Virus record (IMG/VR): IMGVR_UViG_2529292719_000024 | Direction: 5' to 3' (one strand) | Source of the DNA: a virus | Taxonomy: Duplodnaviria > Heunggongvirae > Uroviricota > Caudoviricetes | Length of the DNA: 37,654 nucleotides | Shown here: positions 1 through 8,641 of the stretch, piece by piece | Position numbering within the stretch: the first letter of the stretch is position 1 | Layout of the letters: each line of letters opens with the position of its first letter | Program-made: the position numbers and the translations under genes | The notes under the pieces: model-generated | The model's input: only the letters and a program-made list of their open reading frames with translations | What the model was told of the DNA's origin: nothing | The model's database searches: none

Positions 1-747
1 CTACTCCTCGCACACAAAAACGTATAGATCGCTGCGACAGTGGCTAATGCTGTACTCAATAGGCCGTTGCTGTTGGTCAAGCGCCACTTGCTTGATCACC
101 AGCACCGGTATTTTGCTATCTAACTGAATATGTGACTGAAACTCGGCATCCGGCATCCGGGCGCTAACGCGGGAACGTGTACGTTGTGGGTAAATGTGCT
201 GGCTGCGGAAATAGTCATAAAGTGAAATCCCGATGGCATCAACATCATGAATTAAATGCGCCGGAACCCACGATTCCTCAATCGATACCGCTTCTTCATC
301 GACATAGCGAATACGCTTAAGCAAAAAGACATCACTTCCTGCTTCGACCGCCAGCTGCTGCGCGACTTCTTCGGGACATTTCACGACACGCTTGTTAACC
401 CATAGCGTATCGGGCTTTTTCCCGCGCAATACCACCTGCTGAGAAAAACCTCGCGCTTCTTTCAACGAGTATTCGAAGATGTTGTTGATCTGCGTGCCGT
501 AACCGCGCGAACGCGTCACCACCCCCTCTTCTTCCAGCGCCTGCATCGCCTTGCGCACCGTAATGCGCGAAACGCCGGTTAACTGACTTAAATCACGCTC
601 ACCGGGCAAAATATTGCCATGCTCCAGCACCCCGCTGCGCACGGCATTTTTTACCGTTTCGGCAAACTTAATATAAAGCGGCGTGTTATCCGCAGCTAAA
701 ATACGCTCGTTCAGTTGGGCAATCAGCTGGGTATGCGCTTGTTCCAT
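1..747 (-). CDS. GntR/HutC-family transcriptional regulator (host gene)
   Basis: 248-aa complete ORF; N-terminal HTH-like stretch (LPGERDLSQLTGVSRITVRKAMQALEEEG) typical of GntR regulators, followed by a C-terminal effector-type domain. Family assigned from recalled motif pattern only. Confidence 0.7.
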   Translation of the reverse strand: MEQAHTQLIAQLNERILAADNTPLYIKFAETVKNAVRSGVLEHGNILPGERDLSQLTGVSRITVRKAMQALEEEGVVTRSRGYGTQINNIFEYSLKEARGFSQQVVLRGKKPDTLWVNKRVVKCPEEVAQQLAVEAGSDVFLLKRIRYVDEEAVSIEESWVPAHLIHDVDAIGISLYDYFRSQHIYPQRTRSRVSARMPDAEFQSHIQLDSKIPVLVIKQVALDQQQRPIEYSISHCRSDLYVFVCEE

Positions 748-798
748 TTGTCTTTTTCCTGCCAGGGAGTCTGGTGGGAGTATATCACTGCTTCTTAT

Positions 799-1203
799 TT
801 AAGGCGTTTCTTTAATCCCATCAACGAATCCCTGCAACTCCTCCACCGTGCCATTAAACACATTAAAATCCACCGGACCATTGATGCCATCTACCTGTCC
901 ACGGTCGGAATGCTGCCAGAAGCGCCAGGCCATTCCGTCATTGTCCGGACGACGTTGATAATAGTGAGCCACCCACCACGGATATTCATTAAAATAGCCC
1001 GCCAGATTCGTGTGATAAAAAACGGCTCCTGAGTAAATAATCGGCTTTTTTCCCGTGCGTTTTTCTACCATTTTTAGCCACTGACTTACCCGCTTGCGTA
1101 ATTCTTTTGCCGATAATTTTCCCCGTTCTTCTACGTCCAGCACGGCAGGGAAATCTGATGCGCCGCGCGATAAATGCACTCTATCTTGTGCGATAAATGG
1201 CAT
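799..1203 (-). pseudogene. GH25-family muramidase-like protein, N-terminally truncated fragment
   Basis: 134-aa ORF with GH25-like C-terminal motifs (LDVE, PWWVAHY, WRFWQHSDRGQVDGINGPVDFNVF) but missing the ~60-80 N-terminal residues; the frame closes with a stop 4 codons upstream of the first Met, right beside the invertase stop. Confidence 0.45.
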
Positions 1204-1233
1204 CCACGCGGCGTTTCATTATTTGAAAAAGAA

Positions 1234-1806
1234 TTACATTTCAGGTTGCGTTATGACAGTCCCAACAGGGTGGTAGCGGTAGATCGTTGACAGTCCAATA
1301 TCATAGATAATTGCCAGCCGCTTTCTGTCATACCCTTTCTGGAGCAATCTTGCGATCTGCTCATGCTGCTCCTTCGTCAGTTTCGGGCGACGTCCTCCAA
1401 CTCTTCCTTGTGCTCGCGCAGCAGCCAGTCCTGCCAGCGTGCGCTCAACTATCAGTTCACGCTCCATTTCTGCCAGTGCACCCATCATATGAAAAAAGAA
1501 CCTTCCCATCGGAGTGCTGGTATCGATTGAATCCGTCAGACTGCGAAAATTGACACCTTTTGCGCGTAGCTCTTCTGTGAGAGCAATGAGGTGTTTCATT
1601 CTTCTACCCAACCGATCCAGCTTCCAGACCACCAATGTATCCCCTCTTTTAAGGCACTTTAAAGCGCGTTTCAGGCCTGGTCGTTCCGACTTGGTTCCGC
1701 TCATTTTGTCCTCAAAAATCTGTTCACATCCTGCGCACATTAATGCATTGCGTTGCAAATCTGTGTTTTGGTCATTTGTTGACACACGTATGTAGCCAAT
1801 CAGCAT
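1234..1806 (-). CDS. serine DNA invertase (Gin/Pin/Hin family)
   Basis: ATG at 1806 gives MLIGYIRVSTNDQNTDLQRNAL..., the catalytic-serine N-terminus of Gin/Pin-type invertases, with a C-terminal HTH. The ORF track's longer 1935 start adds a non-homologous 43-aa extension. Lies next to inverted repeats flanking tail-fibre cassettes. Confidence 0.9.
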   Translation of the reverse strand: MLIGYIRVSTNDQNTDLQRNALMCAGCEQIFEDKMSGTKSERPGLKRALKCLKRGDTLVVWKLDRLGRRMKHLIALTEELRAKGVNFRSLTDSIDTSTPMGRFFFHMMGALAEMERELIVERTLAGLAAARAQGRVGGRRPKLTKEQHEQIARLLQKGYDRKRLAIIYDIGLSTIYRYHPVGTVITQPEM

Positions 1807-1901
1807 TAAAAATACTCCCTTTTGAGTGGTTAAAGTACTGAGATAATGTGGGGAGGATTTGAGAGATAAACGTTGGTTTAGGAGAAGGCTCGGCGCTACC
1901 C

Positions 1902-2061
1902 GTTGGTGTGCCTGTTCCGTGGCCCACCGCCACACCGCCAGCAGGCTGGTTACAGTGCAACGGAGCTACGTTCACTAAAGAACAATATCCTGTTCTGGCC
2001 AGAGTCTACCCGACCCTCCGTCTTCCCGATTTACGCGGTGAGTTTATCCGTGGATGGGACG
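1902..2061. repeat. left inverted repeat (~160 bp) of the invertible tail-fibre segment
   Basis: Plus-strand 1902-2061 is near-identical to the reverse complement of ~3296-3460; both encode VPVPWPTATPPAGWLQCNGATFTKEQYPVLARVYPTLRLPDLRGEFIRGWDDGRK. Boundaries +/- 5 bp. Confidence 0.85.
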
Positions 2062-2390
2062 ACGGGCGCAAAGTTGATACAGGACGTAAGTTGCTGTCCG
2101 CACAAGGGGCAACGCTGTTAAGAACAGCAATGCTGGATTATTATAACCAGGACACTACGGGAACCTCGGGGATAGTCGGCATGGGATTCAACAATGAAGA
2201 TTCCATTACAGACCTTCGTGAGGGCAGCTTTAAAATGCCGGACGGGACAACATTCAGCGATCCTGTCGTGGCAATGTCAGACAATGGTATGCAGGCTACT
2301 ATTCTGACCTCTATCAGAAGCGGGTATGCGAAGGGTATCACTGTCAGACCCCGTAGCATTGCACTTAATTACATTGTGAGGGCAGTTTAA
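1902..2390 (+). CDS. alternative tail-fibre C-terminal cassette (Sv'-like), promoterless and silent in this orientation
   Basis: Frame opens inside the inverted repeat with the same peptide as the expressed fibre, then diverges into a different 105-aa C-terminus ending IALNYIVRAV (expressed fibre ends IAFNYIVRAA). The track's start is GTG inside the repeat, so it is a fusion cassette, not a stand-alone gene. Confidence 0.7.
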   Translation, partial: VGVPVPWPTATPPAGWLQCNGATFTKEQYPVLARVYPTLRLPDLRGEFIRGWDDGRKVDTGRKLLSAQGATLLRTAMLDYYNQDTTGTSGIVGMGFNNEDSITDLREGSFKMPDGTTFSDPVVAMSDNGMQATILTSIRSGYAKGITVRPRSIALNYIVRAV

Positions 2391-3004
2391 TGAGTAACAC
2401 TGCAGTTCTGGATGAAAACGGTATCGCCACTGTAGCGGGCGAGATCACTGTATATCACTATGACGAGGAAACCCGGGAATACACCTCATCCTCTGTGGAG
2501 TATCTCGCCCTTGGGGTGGGTACTCCGGCACATTCGTGCGCCGATGCACCGCCGGAGGCAATTTCGGGTTACGTGGTTTGCCGGACTGCCACGCTGAACG
2601 GGTGGGAGCATGTGCCTGATCACCGCGGCGAGACGGTATACAGCAAGGAGAACGGTAACCCCGTTCTGATTACCCAACCGGGTGATTACCCGGCGGACAC
2701 CACCACAAAACAGCCGGCCACGCCATGGGATACCTGGAACGGTGAGGCGTGGGTAACCGATACTGAACGGCAGCGAGCCGCAGAACTGGAGGTTGCCAGA
2801 CAGCAACGCCAGCAACGGGTGAAACAGGCGATGGCGTCCGTCGATCTTATCAACCTCAAACTGCGTGCTGGTCGCAGTCTGACACCAGAAGAAACGGCAA
2901 AACTGAACGCCGTGCTGGATTATATCGACGAGCTGAACGCACTGGATATCAGCACGGCACCTGAAATCAGCTGGCCGGAAGCGCCACTGGCACTTGCCAG
3001 CTGA
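2390..3004 (+). CDS. tail fibre assembly protein (Tfa / Mu U-like chaperone)
   Basis: 204 aa; motifs WEHVPDHRGETVY, WNGEAWVTDTE and C-terminal DISTAPEISWPEAP match the lambda Tfa / Mu U pattern; start overlaps the stop of the Sv' cassette. Confidence 0.85.
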   Translation: MSNTAVLDENGIATVAGEITVYHYDEETREYTSSSVEYLALGVGTPAHSCADAPPEAISGYVVCRTATLNGWEHVPDHRGETVYSKENGNPVLITQPGDYPADTTTKQPATPWDTWNGEAWVTDTERQRAAELEVARQQRQQRVKQAMASVDLINLKLRAGRSLTPEETAKLNAVLDYIDELNALDISTAPEISWPEAPLALAS

Positions 3005-3010
3005 ACGGTA

Positions 3011-4609
3011 TCAAGCCGCCCTCACGATATAGTTAAACGCGATATTGCGGGGGCGGGTTATGTTAAAGAATGCTCCGTTTAATTCGGCTTTTGCGCGACT
3101 GTTTGTTCCACCCAGAATTGCGTACCACAAATAATCGCTACGGTAATTCCCCGCAAACACCTTATCGCCGCCATAGTCAATATTATTTCCGTTACTCATG
3201 TACGAGATATCCAGCGAAGAATCGTTATCGTCATGACCGCCGACCAGTGTACCTTTCTGCCATGAAAGCAACTTACGCCCCTCGTCAATCTTGCGCCCGT
3301 CGTCCCATCCACGGATAAACTCACCGCGTAAATCGGGAAGACGGAGGGTCGGGTAGACTCTGGCCAGAACAGGATATTGTTCTTTGGTGAACGTAGCTCC
3401 GTTGCACTGTAACCAGCCTGCTGGCGGTGTGGCGGTGGGCCACGGAACAGGCACACCAACAGGCAATGCAGAGCCTTCCCCCAAACCAAGGTAATTGAGG
3501 ACATCTTTTATACTGCCCTTAGCGATAATAGCGCGACCAATAGCTGTAAGGGTTGCCAGCGCTGCGCGGTCTGCTCCGGTAAAATAAGGCAACCGATCTG
3601 CTGCAGTGGCAAGTCCTGCCAGAGCAGTGAGCGTGGCATCTGCCGGTTGTTTTCCGTTTGCCAGATCGTATGCAGCCTTGACCGCTTTCGGTGTGGCGGC
3701 CAGTATTTCAGACGTGCTGTTGATGGCACTGCTCAATTGTATGGTGCCTTTTGCCGTCAGCGAGGCAGCAGGCACTCCCGTTATCTGACTCCACGGGTGA
3801 GTGTGGCTGACGGGCGCCTTGCCGGCTGCAAGGTCGTATGCAGCCTTGACCGCCTTCGGCGTGGCAGCCTCAGTTTCTGATTGACTGTCCGTGGCGCTGC
3901 TCAGTTGTACGGTGCCTTTTGCCGTCAGCGAGGCAGCAGGCACTCCCGTTATCTGACTCCACGGGTGAGTGTGGCTGACGGGGGCCTTGCCGGCAGCCAG
4001 GTCATATGCAGCCTTGACGGCCTTTGGTGTGGCGGCCAGCGTTTCAGAGGTGCTGTTGGTTGCACTGCTCAGTTGTACGATCCCTTTACGGGTCGTTGTT
4101 GCATCCTGGGCTGTGTATTTTCCCCGGGCCAGATCATACGCGATTTTCACAGCCTTCGGCGTGGCAGCCTCAGTTTCTGATTGACTGTCCGTGGCACTGC
4201 TCAGCTGTACGGTGCCTTTTGCCGTCAGCGAGGCAGCAGGCACTCCCGTTATCTGACTCCACGGGTGAGTGTGACTGACGGGTGCCTTGCCGGCTGCAAG
4301 GTCGTATGCAGCCTTGACGGCTTTTGGTGTGGCGGCCAGCGTTTCAGAGGTGCTGTTGGTGGCACTGCTCAGTTGGGTGAACCCCTTAGCTGTCAGTGTC
4401 GCGTCCGGGTGGTTACGGGAACGTACGTGTTCAGCCAGTGACTGTGCGGCTTCCTCCGTTTTTTTCTTCAGCCATTTCGTCCTGTTTGCCAGTTGCCGGG
4501 GGGCTCGATTTGATATCCCGTCAGCACCACCCAGAACCGGATCTGATGTCTCCAGTTGATAGATATTTTCTTCCCACTTTTCTGTTTCATTCAGGTTTCC
4601 CATAATCAA
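3011..4609 (-). CDS. tail fibre protein (Mu S / lambda Stf-like), constant shaft plus currently fused variable C-terminus
   Basis: 532 aa; repeated phage fibre motif GxxQLSSATxSxSExxAATPKAVKxAYDLA...PVSHTHPWSQITGVP; the C-terminal 147 aa lie inside the invertible segment (inverted repeat plus variable end). Confidence 0.9.
   Translation of the reverse strand: MIMGNLNETEKWEENIYQLETSDPVLGGADGISNRAPRQLANRTKWLKKKTEEAAQSLAEHVRSRNHPDATLTAKGFTQLSSATNSTSETLAATPKAVKAAYDLAAGKAPVSHTHPWSQITGVPAASLTAKGTVQLSSATDSQSETEAATPKAVKIAYDLARGKYTAQDATTTRKGIVQLSSATNSTSETLAATPKAVKAAYDLAAGKAPVSHTHPWSQITGVPAASLTAKGTVQLSSATDSQSETEAATPKAVKAAYDLAAGKAPVSHTHPWSQITGVPAASLTAKGTIQLSSAINSTSEILAATPKAVKAAYDLANGKQPADATLTALAGLATAADRLPYFTGADRAALATLTAIGRAIIAKGSIKDVLNYLGLGEGSALPVGVPVPWPTATPPAGWLQCNGATFTKEQYPVLARVYPTLRLPDLRGEFIRGWDDGRKIDEGRKLLSWQKGTLVGGHDDNDSSLDISYMSNGNNIDYGGDKVFAGNYRSDYLWYAILGGTNSRAKAELNGAFFNITRPRNIAFNYIVRAA
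3296..3460. repeat. right inverted repeat of the invertible tail-fibre segment
   Basis: Reverse complement matches 1902-2061 with 1-2 mismatches; lies inside the tail-fibre coding sequence at the constant/variable junction. Confidence 0.85.
3590..4440. repeat. three tandem ~300-bp coding repeats in the tail-fibre shaft
   Basis: Near-identical blocks at ~3590-3880, 3881-4180 and 4181-4440 (e.g. gtccgtggcgctgctcagttgtacggtgccttttgccgtcagcgaggcagcaggcactcccgttatctgactccacgggtgagtgtg); the same antisense peptide recurs in three plus-strand ORFs. Confidence 0.75.
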
Positions 4610-5196
4610 CTGCTCCCGTGGTTATAACTGCCATCATGGATGGCGGTATTGTTATAGCGAATGGCCACAGACTGATACTCCAGGCTGGCCAGATGGCAGC
4701 GGGCCGGTGCAAATGCAGCGAGCGTCTGACGCAGCATCGCGGCCTGATCGTTAGTAATGGGCTGTTTCAGAATAACGCGATAAACCGCCCAGGCGGCTGC
4801 ATCTCCATGAACAAACAGTCCGTTATAGCTGCGATTGCCGTCGTAACTGAGACGACCTGTGCCTTCAATCAGATCCACTTCACCAAAGCCAAAACGGCGG
4901 ATAACTTCCCGGATTGACCACGGCGTCCCTTTATACCGGTGTAGTTCGATGGCTGCTTTTATAAGCATGCGGCGAACATCGTCCGATTCCGCCAGCTCCC
5001 AGCCATCGCCAGACAGTGAGAACTGCTCGCCCAGCCATGGCAGCGCAGAACTGTCGACGATATCGACGAGAAAGACCATCAGTACGCTCAGGTCGATGTT
5101 ATCCAGCCGCCCTGCCAGTCTTCCCAGCGTCCTGAGACTGATATCACCCTCAAGCGGTGGCGGGAGTTGTAATGGCTCAGTCATCAGACACTCCAC
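4606..5196 (-). CDS. tail protein I-like (Mu gp48 / P2 gpI family)
   Basis: 196 aa, sits between the baseplate J-like gene and the tail fibre gene as in P2/Mu baseplate modules; start overlaps the upstream gene. Confidence 0.65.
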   Translation of the reverse strand: MECLMTEPLQLPPPLEGDISLRTLGRLAGRLDNIDLSVLMVFLVDIVDSSALPWLGEQFSLSGDGWELAESDDVRRMLIKAAIELHRYKGTPWSIREVIRRFGFGEVDLIEGTGRLSYDGNRSYNGLFVHGDAAAWAVYRVILKQPITNDQAAMLRQTLAAFAPARCHLASLEYQSVAIRYNNTAIHDGSYNHGSS

Positions 5197-6280
5197 TCAT
5201 GTTAAGTGTGATCGCCGTACAGTTTGCCCATTCGTTTTCTGCCACCACCCTCAGTGCCGGTGTCACCAGTTCAACCTGGTACACCCCGGAAACGGACAAT
5301 GCACTGATAATCTGGCTGGGGACAATATCACGCCCCAGCGTGGCGGCACGTGATGCCACCCAGTTCTGTATGGCGCTGTTAGCGGCATCTTTTACAGACC
5401 TGGCATCCTGATCACGATAGATCGTAATCCTGGCTTCAATGGTGTAATCCACCTTCACTGGTGTTTTAGCCCGCACTGTATCAGTGAGTGGCCTGACTTT
5501 CTCATCAGAGCAGAAACTCTCTACCAGCGTGAGAACACCGCCGTCCGGCAGACCGGTACTGAGCAGCGGATACAGATCTACGGTCCCGGGAACCGGGGAA
5601 AGCATAGCAACATCGACAATGTTGGGATGGGCCTGCATGGCATGAAAGCGGTATGCGCCACGGCTTCCGGCATTGGTGAATGACTCCGGGGCCAGCCTGA
5701 TACGCTCCCGGAGCCTGTCATCGTCTTCCTGTTCTGAACCGCCGGAACTGGCCGTCAGATTGCTCACCAGCAGGTCGACGTTATCAATCTCATCGAGTAA
5801 CTGACTGACCTGCGCAGGTTGCCAGCCGTTACCAGCGGTACCGGGTTCGGTACAGGTGGACGTGACATTGACCAGCAGCAATCCGGCCTTCAGTACCACA
5901 TCTGTATCGGTGGCAAAAATAACGCTGTCGGAAGCGCTGACGCGGGTGCCTGCCGGGATCAGCACATCAATGGTCAGTGCCTCATCCACAGAGAACTGAA
6001 GTGTGGTGGTGGCAGGCTGCGCGGCAAGGCGGTATACACCAACCAGTTCTCCGAGGTAATCAATCATCGGCTCTCGTGAAAAGGCGACCAGATTCTGCTT
6101 TGCTGCCTCCTGTACCGCAACCCTGACCAGCATTTCGCGATAGGCCCACAGATCAATCAGCAGACGTTCTGCCTGTGCCGGGTACAGCGTTTTGCCGGTA
6201 TCCGCTTCATACTTCGCAATCATTTCTGCCGTGATTTTGTCGGCATCGCGTTCAATAAAATCGGGTTCTGTCAGCGCCAT
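5177..6280 (-). CDS. baseplate J-like protein (Mu gp47)
   Basis: 367 aa; size and position (after the W-like gene, before the I-like gene) fit the baseplate J family. Confidence 0.75.
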   Translation of the reverse strand: MALTEPDFIERDADKITAEMIAKYEADTGKTLYPAQAERLLIDLWAYREMLVRVAVQEAAKQNLVAFSREPMIDYLGELVGVYRLAAQPATTTLQFSVDEALTIDVLIPAGTRVSASDSVIFATDTDVVLKAGLLLVNVTSTCTEPGTAGNGWQPAQVSQLLDEIDNVDLLVSNLTASSGGSEQEDDDRLRERIRLAPESFTNAGSRGAYRFHAMQAHPNIVDVAMLSPVPGTVDLYPLLSTGLPDGGVLTLVESFCSDEKVRPLTDTVRAKTPVKVDYTIEARITIYRDQDARSVKDAANSAIQNWVASRAATLGRDIVPSQIISALSVSGVYQVELVTPALRVVAENEWANCTAITLNMSGVSDD

Positions 6281-6618
6281 AGCAACTCCTGAGTCCGGGT
6301 CTGTCCGTCTGAGCCTTTCCAGCTCACCCGGAGCGTAAGATGTTCGCCGTCGACGGCGGGTTTAACTGACATAAGCTGGCAGCGGGGCTCCCAGCGTCGG
6401 ATGGCATCGACGGATTCGCGCACCACATGCGGAATGGCCCGGTCTACAGGCCAGTCGATATAAAGATGCAGATTGCTGCCGAACTCCGGGCGATGCGGGT
6501 CGCTGCCGCGGGGAGTCCGCAGGATAATTTGAATCGCCTGCCGGATATCATCCAGCCCCCGGACAATTTCGCCGGGAGCCTGCAGGGTCGGTTGCCAGAA
6601 TACTGAGGTTGTTTTCAT
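6271..6618 (-). CDS. baseplate wedge protein (P2 gpW / T4 gp25-like)
   Basis: 115 aa; size and position between the spike and J-like genes. Confidence 0.7.
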   Translation of the reverse strand: MKTTSVFWQPTLQAPGEIVRGLDDIRQAIQIILRTPRGSDPHRPEFGSNLHLYIDWPVDRAIPHVVRESVDAIRRWEPRCQLMSVKPAVDGEHLTLRVSWKGSDGQTRTQELLWR

Positions 6619-6672
6619 GGGGGCAGTATTGCCCCCGTGCGGGAACGCTGATATTAAAGGCGTTTAAAAAGC

Positions 6673-7269
6673 TCAGTGGGAGTGGTGGCTGGAGTTTTCG
6701 CCATCAGACAACATACTGCCCGTGGCATGGGCATTCCCTTTAATCTCGATATTGCCATGGATGGTCGCGGTAACACCTTCACCACCAGAACCCGCCATGC
6801 CTCCTTCGTAAATCAGCTTACCCCTGACACGCAGATCTCCGGTAAGTTCGGTTTCCGGTGCGTCAATCGTGGCTTTCTGTGTTTTCAATACCACATCAGC
6901 ACCACACTCAATGACAATATGCTCAATGCCGCCCCGGATGATCAGAGTGTGCGTCTTCCGGTTGTAGCTGTACTCTGCACCATCAGCAAACCGGGTTCCC
7001 CGGATATTTTTGTCACTGAACGGTGGTTTATCGACGTCTGAATACACCGCGCCCAGAATAACACCATCCTCGCCGTTGGCATCGAGCAGCACCTCAACCT
7101 GCTCCCCCACGTCAGGGAGCCAGTAATCTTTGTTATCCTGGGTATTGCGCTGCAGCACGTTAAGCCAGTTTGTGCGCAGGTTATCGCATTCAGGCAGACG
7201 AACGCGGGCCTGAACCCTGTCGGCATCAACGGCACTGACCGTACCGACCTGACGAGTGACACCAGTCAT
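6673..7269 (-). CDS. baseplate spike protein (P2 gpV-like)
   Basis: 198 aa; His-rich C-terminal tip (ENSSHHSH), a feature of gpV-type spike apex domains; follows the hub-like gene. Confidence 0.7.
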   Translation of the reverse strand: MTGVTRQVGTVSAVDADRVQARVRLPECDNLRTNWLNVLQRNTQDNKDYWLPDVGEQVEVLLDANGEDGVILGAVYSDVDKPPFSDKNIRGTRFADGAEYSYNRKTHTLIIRGGIEHIVIECGADVVLKTQKATIDAPETELTGDLRVRGKLIYEGGMAGSGGEGVTATIHGNIEIKGNAHATGSMLSDGENSSHHSH

Positions 7270-8438
7270 TTTTTCTTCTCTCTTATTACTGTGGACGTGC
7301 TGCCGTCCGGTTTATAGATGGTCAGCATCCGGGTTTTGCCGATTTTTTTACCTTTCTTCGCCTTGCCCTGTGTGATCGGCCCCCGTGCCACTTCCAGCTC
7401 TGTGGTGTAGCCGCTGTTACGGTCAAACGCATGGCGGGCAGTGGTTATGAGCCATGGCCCGGATAACTGCCCAAAACCCACCAGTTCAATTTTGTTGCCT
7501 GCTGTCAGTTGAGGTGTTCCCGTCAGCGTCAGGGAGCCGTTCTGCTGGTATTCGTTATGTCTGGCCAGTGCTGAATCCGCTTTAATCCGGGCACTGTCCG
7601 GGTCGCTGACGCGGCTGTTAACTTTAAGTGAGTCAGCGCTGGTAACCTTACCACCTTTGAGCTTTTTGTCGCTTTCACGGGTACCACCATCAGCTTCGTA
7701 GACGATCAGTTTTTTACTGCTGCTTTTCTGGTGTTTTACCTTTGCAGATTTATAGACCCGGTTGATGGTGTCACGCAGGGAAAAGCGGGCCACATCCTGC
7801 GGTTTTAACTGCCTGACCGGCTCCTGACTGCGCAGTGTGGCCAGATGAGAAAAAATCAGCTGGTCACTGACCACTTTCACTGCATAACCATACTCGCTGG
7901 CCAGCCGGCGCAGAAAACCCACGTCGGTTTCAGCATACTGGGTCCCCCGGTCGATTCTGATGGACTCAATGCTGCCCACCAGTTTCAGCCGGTGCTTTCT
8001 GGCAATCCGCCCCGCAACAGCTGCCAGCGTGGTGTTCTCAAAACCACGACTGGTTTTAGTCCGCAGGGCACTGTTAACCGAGGTGGCCACCCCACGGATA
8101 GAAACAACGGAAGCGGGCGAACTCACTTCGATCTCGTCTATAGAGAACGTACCGCAGGACAGCAGCTTCTCGTCCTGATAGCCCATTTTCAGCGTCAGCG
8201 TGTCCCCCTTGCCCGGATACCACTTATCCAGCCAGCGGCCATCGGTGTCGTCCAGCTCCACCTCAATGGTATCGGACTCATTTTTGATGTTATCGCTCCA
8301 GGTCACACGGGTGACATAAGGCGCGATATCAGAGGTGATGTTTTTCTGCAGATACCACAGAGTGAACACCGGTGTCAGCACATCGCTGACGCCGGTTAAC
8401 GCTGATGTGACTTGCGCAGTGCTGTTTATCTCAGCCAT
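7266..8438 (-). CDS. tail / baseplate hub protein (P2 gpD-like, Mu gp44-like)
   Basis: 390 aa, lysine-rich C-terminus; placed between the X-like and spike genes. Confidence 0.65.
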   Translation of the reverse strand: MAEINSTAQVTSALTGVSDVLTPVFTLWYLQKNITSDIAPYVTRVTWSDNIKNESDTIEVELDDTDGRWLDKWYPGKGDTLTLKMGYQDEKLLSCGTFSIDEIEVSSPASVVSIRGVATSVNSALRTKTSRGFENTTLAAVAGRIARKHRLKLVGSIESIRIDRGTQYAETDVGFLRRLASEYGYAVKVVSDQLIFSHLATLRSQEPVRQLKPQDVARFSLRDTINRVYKSAKVKHQKSSSKKLIVYEADGGTRESDKKLKGGKVTSADSLKVNSRVSDPDSARIKADSALARHNEYQQNGSLTLTGTPQLTAGNKIELVGFGQLSGPWLITTARHAFDRNSGYTTELEVARGPITQGKAKKGKKIGKTRMLTIYKPDGSTSTVIREKKK

Positions 8439-8641
8439 GGGGCAATATCCTCTTCTGTACGGGCTTCTTCAGCCTCAATCACCGGGATCAGTAACAACAG
8501 CCCGGAGGGCAGCACCGGCGTGATGGCCACGTGCGGATTGGCGGCAATAATCCGGGGATAGCCCAGCGGGTCACCGTAGTACTGCCATGCCAGCGAATCC
8601 CAGCGCTCTCCGTCACGGGTAACATGTTCAAGAAACATCAC
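8426..8641 (-). CDS. tail protein X-like (LysM-type small tail protein)
   Basis: 71 aa with LysM-like stretch DGERWDSLAWQYYGDPLGYPRIIAANPHV; overlaps both neighbours. Confidence 0.55.
   Translation of the reverse strand: MMFLEHVTRDGERWDSLAWQYYGDPLGYPRIIAANPHVAITPVLPSGLLLLIPVIEAEEARTEEDIAPWLR

Noticed and set aside
715-1032. 105-aa plus-strand ORF overlapping the regulator and GH25-like genes
   Set aside because: Overlaps two better-supported minus-strand ORFs and has no recognisable features.
1807-1935. Longer invertase start at 1935 (233 aa) given by the ORF track
   Set aside because: The extra 43 N-terminal residues have no counterpart in Gin/Pin-type invertases, whose conserved N-terminus begins at the internal ATG at 1806.
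2040-2070. Attempt to pinpoint a gix/pix-like crossover site (TTATCC... half-site) near the inner end of the inverted repeat
   Set aside because: Only a 6-nt match to the recalled half-site was found; too weak to call without an alignment to verified sites.
3590-4440. Possible CRISPR array suggested by regular tandem repeats
   Set aside because: The repeat unit is ~300 bp, protein-coding and in frame within the tail fibre gene; there are no short direct repeats with unique spacers.
3606-4605. Plus-strand ORFs (3606-3788, 3647-3880, 3881-4180, 3969-4184, 4024-4278, 4181-4441, 4287-4559, 4396-4605) antisense to the tail fibre gene
   Set aside because: They are the mirror image of the fibre's tandem repeats, lack ribosome-binding sites and run against a well-supported gene.
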